Assembly: GCA_009859145.1 (NCBI GenBank)
Contig: VRVR01000021.1
Span: 9,507-73,506, forward strand
Direction: 5' to 3'
Length of the DNA: 64,000 nucleotides
DNA from: Andalucia godoyi And28
Lineage: Eukaryota; Protista; Jakobida
Shown here one piece after another: positions 39,185-50,021 of this stretch. Each line of letters begins with the position of its first letter. Positions within the stretch are counted from its first letter, which is position 1. Below the pieces are notes generated by a model. The model was not told where the DNA came from. It searched no databases and worked only from the letters and a program-made list of their open reading frames with translations. The position numbers were made by a program, and so were the translations under genes.

Positions 39185-39622
39185 ATGGCGGAGAGGAGCG
39201 TTCGAGTGTTTGATATCTGTGGGTACTTTACGGGCCGTTACGAGGGTCATGGAATCGAACTTGTGCATGTGCACGAAGACGGGGAAAAGTACATTGGCAC
39301 AAAAGTGATTGGCGATCTCAACGTTCCGTCGGGATGCGTGTCCTTTGAAGTTCCCTACAGGCTAGTCATCACCGACCCGTCGCCCATGGCAGAAGCAGCG
39401 GGGCTTGCAGCGCATGGATTTCCGGGCGTTGCGATTGCGCTGAGTGATGGACACGGTTACATTGCAGAGCGGTTTCATCGCAACCCCGCCCGAATTCCAG
39501 GTTCGATTGTCGTGCATTCGTCGAATTCGTTTACGTTTACATGGTCTGCGCTTGGATCCATTTTCTTTTCCCGAGTTCAAGACTATCCGCTCCAGCCGGT
39601 ATCCACCGCACACTGCTCTTAG
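39185..39622 (+). CDS. Small protein with a Cyclin_D1_bind/DUF3506 (FBXO31 and EXECUTER C-terminal) domain
   Basis: FTGRYEGHGIELV, GTKVIGDLNVPSG.VSF, GHGYIA..FHRNP..IPG, FTFTW match the domain pattern. Confidence 0.72.
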   Translation: MAERSVRVFDICGYFTGRYEGHGIELVHVHEDGEKYIGTKVIGDLNVPSGCVSFEVPYRLVITDPSPMAEAAGLAAHGFPGVAIALSDGHGYIAERFHRNPARIPGSIVVHSSNSFTFTWSALGSIFFSRVQDYPLQPVSTAHCS

Positions 39623-39740
39623 GGGTAATTTTTCGTTCGTCTTTTAACTGCTGCTCTCAACACACACATACACACACATACACACACGTGCAGAAGGACG
39701 CACAAGATCCAAATGCAGAAGACGGATGTCGGACCCGCGG

Positions 39741-40733
39741 TTACTCGCCAAGAGCCTGTTTCCGCTCTTCGATGAGCTCGGCCTGTGTCTTGTTCAGCAT
39801 GTCTCTGGAGAATTGGTCAATGTCGAGACCCGGGACGATTCTCCATTCGCCGTTTGCACACTGCACCGGGAACGAGAAGATGAGGCCCTTTTCAACGCCA
39901 TACTCTCCCTTTGAGACAACAGCCATGGACACATACTCGCCCTCCTTTGTGCCGAGGACCCAGTCGTGCATGTGGTCGGCGATGGCATGAGCAGCCGACG
40001 CAGCAGACGACAGCTGTCGAGCCTTGATAACTGCGGCTCCGCGCTGCTGAACACACTTGATAAAATCAGAGTGCAACCAGGTCTGGTCGGTCTCTCCATT
40101 CAGAACGGTGTTCACGGAGCCTCGTCCTGCAATCTCGCCGTGCGAAACATCTGGATACTGAGTCGAGGAATGGTTGCCCCAGATGACAACGTTCTTCACA
40201 TCCCCCGGGTTCGCCTTTGCGCGGATGGCAATCTGTCCCTTGGCGCGGTTATGGTCAAGGCGAGTCAGCGCAGTCACGTTTTCCGCAGGAATGTCCTTTG
40301 CATATCGTGACAAGATGAGCGCATTGGTGTTGGCCGGGTTTCCGACCACGACAATCTTTGCAGTCTTCTTTGCAACCTTGTTGAGGATCTCGCCTTGTGC
40401 TTTGAAGATGCCGCAGTTTTTCTCCAGAAGATCCTTGCGCTCCATTCCGTCCTTGCGCGGGAATGCACCGAGGAACAGACCGTAGTCGATATCCTTGAAT
40501 GCCACCTCTGGGTTGTCCGTCGCGACGACTCCCGCAACAAGCGGATACGCGCAGTCTTCAATCTCCATCACCACTCCAGAAAGCACAGTCATCGCCGGCG
40601 CAATGTCTAGCAAGTGCAGAATCACCGGCTGCGAAGGCCCAAACACTCGACCCGAGCACACAAGCGGGATCAGCGAGTATGCAATTTGGCCAGCCGCACC
40701 AGTAATCACAATGCGCACAGGGGAGCTCGACAT
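39741..40733 (-). CDS. MDH1: Cytosolic NAD-dependent malate dehydrogenase
   Basis: ITGAAGQIAYSL, GAFPRKDGMERKDLL, VVGNPANTN, LTRLDHNRA, IWGNHSSTQYPD, SSAASAA. Confidence 0.97.
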   Translation of the reverse strand: MSSSPVRIVITGAAGQIAYSLIPLVCSGRVFGPSQPVILHLLDIAPAMTVLSGVVMEIEDCAYPLVAGVVATDNPEVAFKDIDYGLFLGAFPRKDGMERKDLLEKNCGIFKAQGEILNKVAKKTAKIVVVGNPANTNALILSRYAKDIPAENVTALTRLDHNRAKGQIAIRAKANPGDVKNVVIWGNHSSTQYPDVSHGEIAGRGSVNTVLNGETDQTWLHSDFIKCVQQRGAAVIKARQLSSAASAAHAIADHMHDWVLGTKEGEYVSMAVVSKGEYGVEKGLIFSFPVQCANGEWRIVPGLDIDQFSRDMLNKTQAELIEERKQALGE

Positions 40734-41550
40734 GTTTTCAGAAACCGAAAGCGCAGAATGGTTGGATTTCTAAAATCAACAATAAAATTTAAAAAAACAA
40801 ACGAACGAAACAAAACAATTAAAAAATTAATTAAAAAAATTGATATTCAAAGAAAACGTCAGAACACAGAAAAGAAGTCGAAAAGGTTCAAGTAAAGAGT
40901 ATATATATAATTGGGGGAAAGGAAAGCACGCTGCTGGGCCGATGGAAAAACAGTCGCCAGTTGACTGACATGACAGCTGACATTGGAGGAGGGGGCCGTG
41001 CAGTTCTGTGCCAGCTGTACTGAAAACCGGACAAACACAAAAACACTAAGAGATGCATACGGAAGAGGAAGATGAGGGATTGAGATGCGATGCAATGATG
41101 CGAAGACGGTGCGTTTGCGCAAAGGACATTGATACAAATGACAAAAAAAAAAGAAAAAATTAAATTTAAAAAAATTAAAACAGATAATCAATGTACACCT
41201 CCAACAAAACGAAGCAGGAAACAAAAATGAAACGCTGAAATGATGAAGAAGGGAAAAAGGGAAAAGGGGGAAAAGGAAAACATATGAAAAGGCTGGAGAA
41301 GAGAAAATATCACAAAAAAGGAAAAAGTGGATCCATGAAGCGCCTGCAGGGGTTGATGCTTTGTCCTCGATGTAGATAAATTCCCCGACAGCCAGCCCCG
41401 ACAGACAACGATGGGACATTGGGAAGTGGGAAACGATTCAGGACAGTCTGGTGCGAGAATATTGGGTGGTCAGCGGGACTTGGCCGAGGGTTTTTTTTCT
41501 TTTCTTTTTTTTTTTTTTTTGATTTTGGGTTGTGAAGAGGGCGGGGGAGG

Positions 41551-42507
41551 ATGATGCGAGTATCAACGAGCTGGCTGTCCTCTGTGATCCTGTCCAAGTC
41601 GGCGGGTGGTGGTGTTGTTCGTGTGATTGATGCATCGTGGCACATGCCTTCTGCGAACCGGAATGCACGCACCGAGTATTTTGCAAAACACATTCCTTTT
41701 GCTTCGTTTGTGGACATTGACCACGTGTCAGATACATCGTCGTCGTATCCACACATGATGCCCACTGCCGCGCACTTTGCAGAGTGCATGTCTGCGCTCC
41801 GCATCCGGGATTCGGACACGATTGTCGTGTATGACTCTGTGGGCATCTTCTCTGCACCTCGGCTCTACTGGATGTTTCGGGCATTCCAGCACAAGGGAGA
41901 CGTCTCGATCTTGGATGGAGGGCTGCCAAAATGGGTCCGCGACGGATACGGCGTCGAGTCGTCTGCGATCCGCGAAACCGCTCCTATGGGTGTTGTGTGC
42001 CATAGTGCGTATGATGCTGCTTCGTCGGCTACGTACTCGTATCCCGTGCCAAAGCTGAACACCGGGCTGATTAAGACGCTCGGGCAGATGCAGTCTCTGA
42101 GTTTGCAACTTTGTGGAAATGAAAGTGGAGTGTCGGCTGCGGAGAACGTAGTCGTTTTGGACGCAAGATCGGCAGATCGGTTCTATGGCAGACAGCCAGA
42201 ACCGCGACCAGGTCTTCCTGCGGGACACATGCCTGGCGCAAAGAACGTGCCATTCGGTTCCGTGTTGACAACAACTGGAGAGTTCAAGAGCCCCGATGAG
42301 CTCAAGACGGTGTTTGCTGCTCGTGGAGTGCGCCTTGAGGATCCGGAGCAGCACGTGGTGCTATCGTGCGGGTCGGGGGTGACTGCATGCGTCCTGTTCA
42401 GTGCACTGGAGATTGCTGGGGTTGACCGTGCGAGAATGGCTGTGTATGACGGTTCGTACTCGGAATGGGCTGCGCAAAAGGACGCCCCGATCTCCACAGC
42501 AGACTAG
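41551..42507 (+). CDS. MPST: 3-mercaptopyruvate/thiosulfate sulfurtransferase (two-domain rhodanese)
   Basis: IDASWHMP, HIPFA, APRLYWMFRAF, LDGGLPKW, LDARS..RF, GHMPGA, active-site loop CGSGVTAC, YDGSYSEW. Confidence 0.93.
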   Translation: MMRVSTSWLSSVILSKSAGGGVVRVIDASWHMPSANRNARTEYFAKHIPFASFVDIDHVSDTSSSYPHMMPTAAHFAECMSALRIRDSDTIVVYDSVGIFSAPRLYWMFRAFQHKGDVSILDGGLPKWVRDGYGVESSAIRETAPMGVVCHSAYDAASSATYSYPVPKLNTGLIKTLGQMQSLSLQLCGNESGVSAAENVVVLDARSADRFYGRQPEPRPGLPAGHMPGAKNVPFGSVLTTTGEFKSPDELKTVFAARGVRLEDPEQHVVLSCGSGVTACVLFSALEIAGVDRARMAVYDGSYSEWAAQKDAPISTAD

Positions 42508-42809
42508 GGAAAACAAAAAATGCTTGTTCCTTCCCTCCGCCTTCAGTTCCCGCAGGCTTGCCAAAAACCATGTCGAAATCAATGGCCAATGACATAAATG
42601 CCAAACAAAATAAGGATGGTTATCATTTAATGTTTTTATATGTGTTTTCTGTTGTTGTTATTGTTTTGTTGTTGTTTTTTAACAGTAAAAAATGCTAAAA
42701 TAAAGAAGAGAGAGCGTGTGTCTTACGGAACTCTGCATATTCATCATGCTGTTTGGAGAAACCCATTCTCGTATTCAGGAATTCACGATCGGGTTGGGAA
42801 CCAGCAAGA

Positions 42810-45026
42810 TCAGACGGGGGCCGGCTCCCTGCGGCGGGCGATGAAATCCAGTTCCACATCTTCATCGTCCGTCGCAACATGCACGATGCCGGATCCGGTT
42901 GGAAGAGGCCCGGAGGACGATAGGCGCGCGCCGTGCGTGCGGTGCTGGACAGCCGGCTTCCCATACTGAGTACGATGATCATCGGCAAACAGCGGGTCAT
43001 ACGCGTCGTCAGTCGACAGCGCTCCCCAGCCAATTACCTTCGAGATGGAAGATTCCGCCGACGTAACTGACACCGAGTCCAGACGAGATGCAGCGGCTGC
43101 TCGAACGGCAGCTGACTTGGGACGATATGAGGAAACTGGGCGGCGTTTTGACGAATTGGGTTTCAGCGTCGTCGTGTCTGCGGACGAAGCAGTCATTGAG
43201 ATTGTCGAAACCACCGGAGACGCAGCCTTCGGAGTCCCGCGCGAGGCTGCCCCGGGGGGAACGGCTGCGACGAACTGGGGCGTTTGAGACGACTGCTGCG
43301 GTATGAGCGCCAGCGAGGAATCTGGCAACCGAGACGCCACTGCCGAATGAGGCCGCAGAGCGATCGGCTGGTTCTGGGCGTCCAGTGAAATGGTCCTGGC
43401 GGTGGATCGGGCATTCGACTTCACAGCATGGAGAATAGCAGACGGGCTTGCTGCATGGAACTTCGTAGTGATAGGCGAGTTGCCGGTGACCAAGACTTCT
43501 TTTCGCACGATTTGCACAGACGGATTCATGGGTTTGCGATGTGACGCAGGCGGGCTGGACGCTCGACCAGCTGACACCAATGAATCAGCTCCGAAGCCTG
43601 ATAGTGCATTCTCTGACGCCGACGACTCCGGTCGTTGGACGATTTGAGGCTTGTCAACGGGAACCAGATGCAAGACATCCCGGGGTGGAGAACTCGTCCG
43701 GTGCTCAGCCGATGCAAACTGTGCAATTCGACGAGGCGACGCGAACCGAACGTTTGGGGCCAGAATGGGATTGTTCTTTGAAACAGAGAACGCTCCCATG
43801 AGCACAAGATTCGACGATGTCTGTCGCGTTGCATGGCCGACGGTCTTGTTTCGCAATGTTTCTGGGATGCAAATATCAGATTCCGTATATCTGCGTCCAG
43901 AAGCCCGCGAGTCCTCTGCGTTGCTACGAAAAGTATCCGCACATTCCGAGCCCAAAACATCATCTCCGTCGCCTCGATCCTGATTTGCCCACGGTGACAG
44001 GTCCAGTAATGACACAGAATCTTTCTTCACCAACTTTGGAATCTTCTTTTTCGTCTTCTTCTTTTGCAGCGTCGCTTGTGTTTCGAGACTGTGGTGTGAC
44101 GCCGGGCTGGTACTCCCAGAGCCCCGCAGTATTGATGCAGATTTTGATCGTGCAAGCTCCGGAGACACTCGAGAGGGAGATCTGCGCTTCGGAGAGCGTT
44201 CATTTGCAGGAGAAACGCCTTGCAACGACGAAGCATTGGATGCATCATAGTGAGAAGACAAATCGCTGGCAAACGACGGATGGGCAAGGTACGACCCTGC
44301 AAGCGCAGACACCGGCCGGCTTGTGGCTGCACCAGGATCCTTGCTCTGCAGTCGAGGAACGCTGTCTGCTGCTGCACTCGCCCTTGTTCTTCTTCCCACC
44401 TTTTTTGACGTAAGCTCCCCGTCTTTGAATCGCTCATCTCTTCCATACTTGGCGACCAGGAAGTGTTCTTCATCCGACGATTGCACACCGTCGCTGTTCT
44501 CTGCATCTCGATCTCCCGAACCGGGTTTTTGAAACAGCAGCTTTTCAATTTCGAGCTGAACTCCATGCATCGTCGCAAATCTTTCTTTCGCCGGCAATGC
44601 TTGGAACTGCGGAGAAAACGGATGCACTTCTGTTTTTCCCGCCGCTTGCTCCTGTGCAGGCTTCTTGTTCGTCTGTTCAATATCCAAATCCTGGAGCGTG
44701 AAGGTCAGCGTTTGGGTCTCTCGATCGCGCAGCACTGGGCCTGAGAGAGGCGCAATAGGAGGCCTCTGTGCATGCAGCCGCGACATCGCGACAGCAGAAG
44801 TCCACATCCCCAGCAACGACGAGCCGAATGAAGTTGCATCTGCGTCCGACACAATATCGGAAATGTCGGCCACGCCTTGCAATCTTTGCAGCGAGTCGCA
44901 AAACAGACGAATGCAATACGCAGAGTTGATCGCATTGCGGTTCCGAGTCGGCTGTGTCGGACCCTGATAATCCAGCACCAGAGCCGCAAACGCCTTTTCC
45001 ATCGCCTTGCAATACGCATCAATCAT
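42810..45026 (-). CDS. Hypothetical Ser/Pro/Ala-rich, largely disordered protein
   Basis: 738-aa ORF from MIDAYC; no motif recognised. Confidence 0.7.
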   Translation of the reverse strand: MIDAYCKAMEKAFAALVLDYQGPTQPTRNRNAINSAYCIRLFCDSLQRLQGVADISDIVSDADATSFGSSLLGMWTSAVAMSRLHAQRPPIAPLSGPVLRDRETQTLTFTLQDLDIEQTNKKPAQEQAAGKTEVHPFSPQFQALPAKERFATMHGVQLEIEKLLFQKPGSGDRDAENSDGVQSSDEEHFLVAKYGRDERFKDGELTSKKVGRRTRASAAADSVPRLQSKDPGAATSRPVSALAGSYLAHPSFASDLSSHYDASNASSLQGVSPANERSPKRRSPSRVSPELARSKSASILRGSGSTSPASHHSLETQATLQKKKTKKKIPKLVKKDSVSLLDLSPWANQDRGDGDDVLGSECADTFRSNAEDSRASGRRYTESDICIPETLRNKTVGHATRQTSSNLVLMGAFSVSKNNPILAPNVRFASPRRIAQFASAEHRTSSPPRDVLHLVPVDKPQIVQRPESSASENALSGFGADSLVSAGRASSPPASHRKPMNPSVQIVRKEVLVTGNSPITTKFHAASPSAILHAVKSNARSTARTISLDAQNQPIALRPHSAVASRLPDSSLALIPQQSSQTPQFVAAVPPGAASRGTPKAASPVVSTISMTASSADTTTLKPNSSKRRPVSSYRPKSAAVRAAAASRLDSVSVTSAESSISKVIGWGALSTDDAYDPLFADDHRTQYGKPAVQHRTHGARLSSSGPLPTGSGIVHVATDDEDVELDFIARRREPAPV

Positions 45027-45048
45027 TGCCGCAGCACCTGTGATCACC

Positions 45049-45051
<3 letters not shown>

Positions 45052-45086
<35 letters not shown>
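45052..45086 (+). repeat. (CT)n microsatellite; similar tracts near 26966, 28336 (CT), 9249, 37564 (CA) and 28630 (GT)
   Basis: Direct inspection; mostly in spacers or 5' flanks of genes. Confidence 0.95.
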
Positions 45087-45090
<4 letters not shown>

Positions 45091-45819
45091 AAGTTGAACT
45101 TGGTTCTGTCGCTACGACTTTGAGCAGAGAGAGACACGGAGGGAAAAGACCAGCAAAAAGAAGAAGAAAGAAACGGCTCGAAAAGAAGGAAAAAAGTCGT
45201 TTTGAAAAAGCACGAGGTGGTTCGTTAACCCTTTTTGTTCTCATTTTTTTTTCCCTTTTGGATGAACGTCAGTCTTGTCTGCTCGCATCAGGTCGAAGCA
45301 GGAATGACTAATAAAAATAATATGTATAAAATAAGAAAGAAAGGGAAAAAAAATCGGATAGGAAACAGTAAAAGTGTGGATTCGAAAGAAAAGACATGAC
45401 GTACAGCAGCTTTTTTTTTCTCTCTCATACTCTTTTTTTCTTTTCTCTGTTCATACCTTTTGTTGTTGGCTCGTTTTCACGAAACTACTTGAGTTCGGTT
45501 GAGAAGGAAATGTCGGATATGAGCTGAATGATGAAATTTAATGGATTATCTACGCTTTCATATATTCAAATGTTCTTTTACTCTGTATTTGTTTTGGGTT
45601 TTCCTTTCTCCTTTTCTCTTTTATTTTTTTGTTCATTTATTAATTTTTTTGATTATTTAAAAGTACGCTTTTCCTGCAAGCGCCGTAGATTCCAGCTCGT
45701 CTGGGTTTCCAACAGACGCAAAACACACACACACATACATACACATACCACACGCGCGCGAGCAGAAAAGGGAACGAGAGAGAGAGAGAGAAAAGGGAAC
45801 AGAGAACAGAAGAACAGGG

Positions 45820-46323
45820 ATGGCATCGCCAATAAAAGGCAATTTTGCTGGAGAAGGCCTGACGACGAATACGCAAGCGCGGATATTCCAAGGGCTTCAG
45901 AAGAAGCAAAAGTGCGCACTTTGCGACGTGACGTTTTTTATGGACGGGCTTCCTGGGGCAGTGTCGTACAAATCTGTGTTTGAGCTGCGCCGGCGGTGGC
46001 AGAAGGGCCAGGATTCGTCGCCGCTTTCAAGAAGAGCAGCAGGAAAAATGTATGATAAGGCCGCAGTCTGCATTTTTTGCTTGCAGTTCTTCCTTGAAGG
46101 GTACACAAACGAAAACACGGCGTCCTTTGAGTACAGACAGGCAGAGACACAAAGACTCGCACCGGCTTCTCCAAGTCATGGCGAAAGACCGCGGTCGCCT
46201 GCATCCACACCATCGACTCCGATGCTAATGAGCAGGTCACACAGTCCATCCGGAAGGCCATCGAGCAGACAGCAGTCCGTCACGGGAACGCGATCCGTAG
46301 TAGTTTCACCCAAGTATCAGTAG
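45820..46323 (+). CDS. Small hypothetical protein with a CxxC...CxxC putative zinc-binding domain
   Basis: CALCDVTF...YKSVFELRRRW...MYDKAAVCIFCLQFF. Confidence 0.65.
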   Translation: MASPIKGNFAGEGLTTNTQARIFQGLQKKQKCALCDVTFFMDGLPGAVSYKSVFELRRRWQKGQDSSPLSRRAAGKMYDKAAVCIFCLQFFLEGYTNENTASFEYRQAETQRLAPASPSHGERPRSPASTPSTPMLMSRSHSPSGRPSSRQQSVTGTRSVVVSPKYQ

Positions 46324-46583
46324 TTTTCAATCCCTTTTGCACCATCTCGGTACTTTCCCCTCCTCTTCCTTCCTTCTTCTGTTTGTTAACAAGGAATCTG
46401 TGCAAGAAAAGCATCGATAAACATTCGCCCGAATGCACTCCCGGCAAGTAAGTTGAAGAAAGGCAGTGAATAGACGTGGCATTCTTTCATTCTTTCACTT
46501 TTTATTATTATTTGGCTGTTGTTTTTTTTTTTTTTTTTTTTTTTTTCGCTTTAAGAATCAACACAACAAAGACAAAACCTGAT

Positions 46584-47855
46584 CTATGCTCTGGGGCGAA
46601 TTTGGTAAAACTCCAGCTCCTCGTCGGGCATGGGAGACAAGAGCTCCTTGACCAGCGACGGCGGAACGTCTTCGATTCGCGATGGGGAGTACTGCGGATC
46701 ACCCTGCTTCTTCTTCAGCGTGCAAAGGGTGCCGTCTGCAAAGTCATCCCGTTCGACCATCCGAATTGCAGCGCGATACTCGAGAATCATGCAAGAAAAT
46801 ACATCGAGCTTCCTTCCTCGATGGAACGACTCGAAAAACAAACACTCTGAAGTGGGACATTTTGTTCGGATAGTGTCATAACACTGCTTTGCAAAGTCTG
46901 TTTTTTTCTTGAGCAAGTTGTCCAACACGTGGTGAATCGTTGCTCCCTTGAAGAGTTCTTGAACCTGCGCAAACGTCTTTTCGAACGCATCGAGATCCTT
47001 TTGCTGCGGCCGCTGCGCAACCTTGGAAATGTTCTCTTCAATCCACGCTCGAACACACGCGTCGCTCTGGAAGTCATCTGAAATCAGGTTTTTCTTGAGA
47101 TCGCCGAACTTTGCAGAAGGCACAAAGTGCGAGGCAATTCCATGCGTAAGGACCTCGATGCCCTTCAGCCGCACCGAGCAAAGCCCCAAATACAGCCCCA
47201 AGTTCCCTCGCAGTCTCGGCAGAAAATACGTGGCAGACACATCTGGCCAGAGACCAATCCCGGCCTCCGGCATCGCAAACAGCGTTGTCTCGTTGCAGAT
47301 CTGAAACGTTGCATTCTTTGCAAGTCCGACCCCACCACCCATCCACACCCCCTGCACAAGCGCTACAAATGGCTTTGTGTACTCCGCAATGAGTCTGTCG
47401 AGATTGTACTCAGTTGCGAAAAACACTCTTGGAAACGAATATGCATTTGTGTTGCAGTCGTAGCGCGTCAGCAGCGGAGCATGCTCCATTTTTGCTTTTT
47501 CCTTTTCCAAGTGACATTCCGCAAGCGTCATGATGTCACCACCAGCACAAAAGCCCTTTCCCTCGCCCGTTACAAGCACAAACTTCACCGCCTCGTCGAA
47601 CTGCGCACGCGCAACAAGAATTTGGATCAACTTAAGCATAGGCAGCGTCATTGCATTCAGCTTGGACGGTCGGTTCAGCGATATTTGCAAGCACCCGTTC
47701 TTGTGAAGTTTTGACAAAATGCCCTCTTCATCGCGATCGTAGAAGGATCTCGACACCGGTCCTGACACATCCACCAAAGACAGCCCGTAGTCTCCACATA
47801 TCTCTGGGAAAACCTGCTTGGAAAGAACGGCTAGACGATTCGTCGCATTCGCCAT
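46584..47855 (-). CDS. HIBCH: 3-hydroxyisobutyryl-CoA hydrolase (crotonase fold)
   Basis: LNRPSKLNAM, GFCAGGDI, FATEYNLD, GVWMGGGVGL, FAMPEAGIGLWPDVSA, FADG...KQGDPQYSP. Confidence 0.93.
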   Translation of the reverse strand: MANATNRLAVLSKQVFPEICGDYGLSLVDVSGPVSRSFYDRDEEGILSKLHKNGCLQISLNRPSKLNAMTLPMLKLIQILVARAQFDEAVKFVLVTGEGKGFCAGGDIMTLAECHLEKEKAKMEHAPLLTRYDCNTNAYSFPRVFFATEYNLDRLIAEYTKPFVALVQGVWMGGGVGLAKNATFQICNETTLFAMPEAGIGLWPDVSATYFLPRLRGNLGLYLGLCSVRLKGIEVLTHGIASHFVPSAKFGDLKKNLISDDFQSDACVRAWIEENISKVAQRPQQKDLDAFEKTFAQVQELFKGATIHHVLDNLLKKKTDFAKQCYDTIRTKCPTSECLFFESFHRGRKLDVFSCMILEYRAAIRMVERDDFADGTLCTLKKKQGDPQYSPSRIEDVPPSLVKELLSPMPDEELEFYQIRPRA

Positions 47856-48568
47856 GACTGGAATATAAAAAAACTGCTTCTAAATAGAAGGGAAAGAAAG
47901 TGAAATGAAATGATTTATAACAATATAAACAATTAAATATATAAATATAAATATAAATACAAGTTAAGGAGCGTTGCAGAATGAAACGTTTTCTCAATAT
48001 GCAGTTTCAAAAAAATGCAGGACACGATCTAGCATCAAGCACAAAGCACAAAGCATCACTTTCCTTTTCCGCAAATGGAAATATTCCCCTGGAAAACGTG
48101 GAAAAACCTCCGGAATTGGTAAAACGACAAAGCTGACAGCATTTGATGTTGTGTCCGAGCAGTGTCCCGTGACAAGTTGAACGTGCATGGAACTGCTGTC
48201 ACTGCACAGTGGACTTGTTTATCTCGATAGGGGCAATTTTGTCTGGATGTTCTGTTCGTCTGACGCATTCGAGTACAATGCAAATCGATGTTCATCTTGA
48301 ACCAAGTTTCCGAACAGCACGCTCGAAGCTGGGCCCTTCCGTTGGGCAGAAAGAACTTCAAGCCAGAGACGCAACGGGAAATGAGAGGCAGAAGGGGAGA
48401 AAGAAAAAAACCGTGCTCGACATCGAAAAGGAGGAGGTGCAAAGAAGAGACTGTCTTCTATTTTTTGGCGGAATCTGAAACAAACGATCGCAACACTTTT
48501 TTGGCTGAAGAAGAAAGAAGAACAGTGAAGAGCGGGGGGGAAAACAGAAAAGAAGAAAGAAATTCGCG

Positions 48569-49681
48569 ATGGCATCGGTTTTTAAGTACGACTACACGGC
48601 AGCCACGAAAGGCGCCATCCAAAAGCTGTGGTACTGGTATGTCGTTGATCCCGTTCTGGAGGACACGATGAAACAACGAGCGGTGAATGTGGAAGACAAC
48701 TCGGTGTTCACCAGCAGTAATCGCGTATCGGATGCGGTTCCGTGGCTGTGTCTGTGCCTGTTCTTTTGCTTCGTTAATTTCCTGTTTCGATTGCAAGCGA
48801 ATCGTGCAGCTATCCGCATTGCGAAGCGGCGCAAGATACGGAGCGCCGATCAGAAAAAGTTTGCCGAGTGTGTGTACTATGTCGGGTACTATGTTGCCGT
48901 GTCCATCCTTGGACTTGTGGTGCTTGCACTGGATGGATGGTCTCCATTTCCCGCAAGCAACTTTTGGAATGGTTGGCCGATGCAGCCTTTTTCACGAACA
49001 TTCCGCACATACTACATGTGGGAGCTTGCGTTCTACATGACTGCCGTGCTCTTCACACTCTGCTTTGACGGGAAACGCTCGGATCGGACTGAGCTTGTGA
49101 CGCATCATTTCGTCACGATTGCGCTCATCGCATCGTCGTTTTGGATGTACTTTTTCCGCGTGGGCCTCATGATCCTCATTATCCACAACGTCGGTGACAT
49201 TTTCCTGTACGCAACCAAAGCTGTCTACTACTGGAATCATCGACAAGGGCTGCTGAAAGACATCATGTTTGGGTGCTTCGCAGCGTCCTTCTTCGTCACT
49301 CGTCTCGTGTTCTTCCCGCTGCACGTCCTGCCTTCGTGCTGGTTCGACGTATTAGAATTTGTCCCCGGAATCCACGTCATGATGAACGAACGCCTGTTCA
49401 TCAATGTTTGCCTCTGGCTGCTCCAATCCCTGCACGTCTTTTGGTTTGCGATGATTGCTCGAATGGTCTATCGGTTGGCTGTGAAGGGCGAGGTAGAAAA
49501 GGATATTCGCAGCGATGACGAGGAAGATGCCGTTCCCGATCACGACAACTCCTCGGACCACTCGTCCAACGGATCCGGTACAGAGAGGGAAGTCTCGTGC
49601 TTCGCGCGCGGAAGCTCAAGTACACTCCATAAGCGACTCCAAACCCACTCGACGTTTAAGAAGACCCGCAAGCAGAACTAA
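48569..49681 (+). CDS. Ceramide synthase (LAG1/LASS, TLC domain)
   Basis: KKFAEC; Lag1p motif RSDRTELVTHHFVTIALIASSF...RVGLMILIIHNVGD; LQSLHVFWF. Confidence 0.9.
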   Translation: MASVFKYDYTAATKGAIQKLWYWYVVDPVLEDTMKQRAVNVEDNSVFTSSNRVSDAVPWLCLCLFFCFVNFLFRLQANRAAIRIAKRRKIRSADQKKFAECVYYVGYYVAVSILGLVVLALDGWSPFPASNFWNGWPMQPFSRTFRTYYMWELAFYMTAVLFTLCFDGKRSDRTELVTHHFVTIALIASSFWMYFFRVGLMILIIHNVGDIFLYATKAVYYWNHRQGLLKDIMFGCFAASFFVTRLVFFPLHVLPSCWFDVLEFVPGIHVMMNERLFINVCLWLLQSLHVFWFAMIARMVYRLAVKGEVEKDIRSDDEEDAVPDHDNSSDHSSNGSGTEREVSCFARGSSSTLHKRLQTHSTFKKTRKQN

Positions 49682-50021
49682 TAATAAAATAAATTAAGAA
49701 TAATGTATATATATATATATATATAAAAGGAGGCACACACCGAGACAGGAAGCCCCTCGTACATTCATGCAAAGTAAATAACGCTCCTTTTCCATTCCGC
49801 TTTTCCTTGATTTGAGCAAGACTGAAAACTGTGAAAACCATGAAAGTCTGGAGTTGCGCGGTTGTAAGTCCAAATTCGATCTGGCTTTCGTTTTTTCCTT
49901 TCATTCATGCATTTCTGTTTCCGTTCATTTTTCATTTTGATTTTATTTCATGCTGTCGCAGAGTCAGCAAGCCATAGTTCGAAGCGGTGATTGATCAGGT
50001 TTGTTTTGCGTCTGCCTTGTG

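Noticed and set aside
41053-41065. 13-mer ATGCATACGGAAG shared with repeat family 1
   Set aside because: About 0.7 such matches are expected by chance and the flanks do not align
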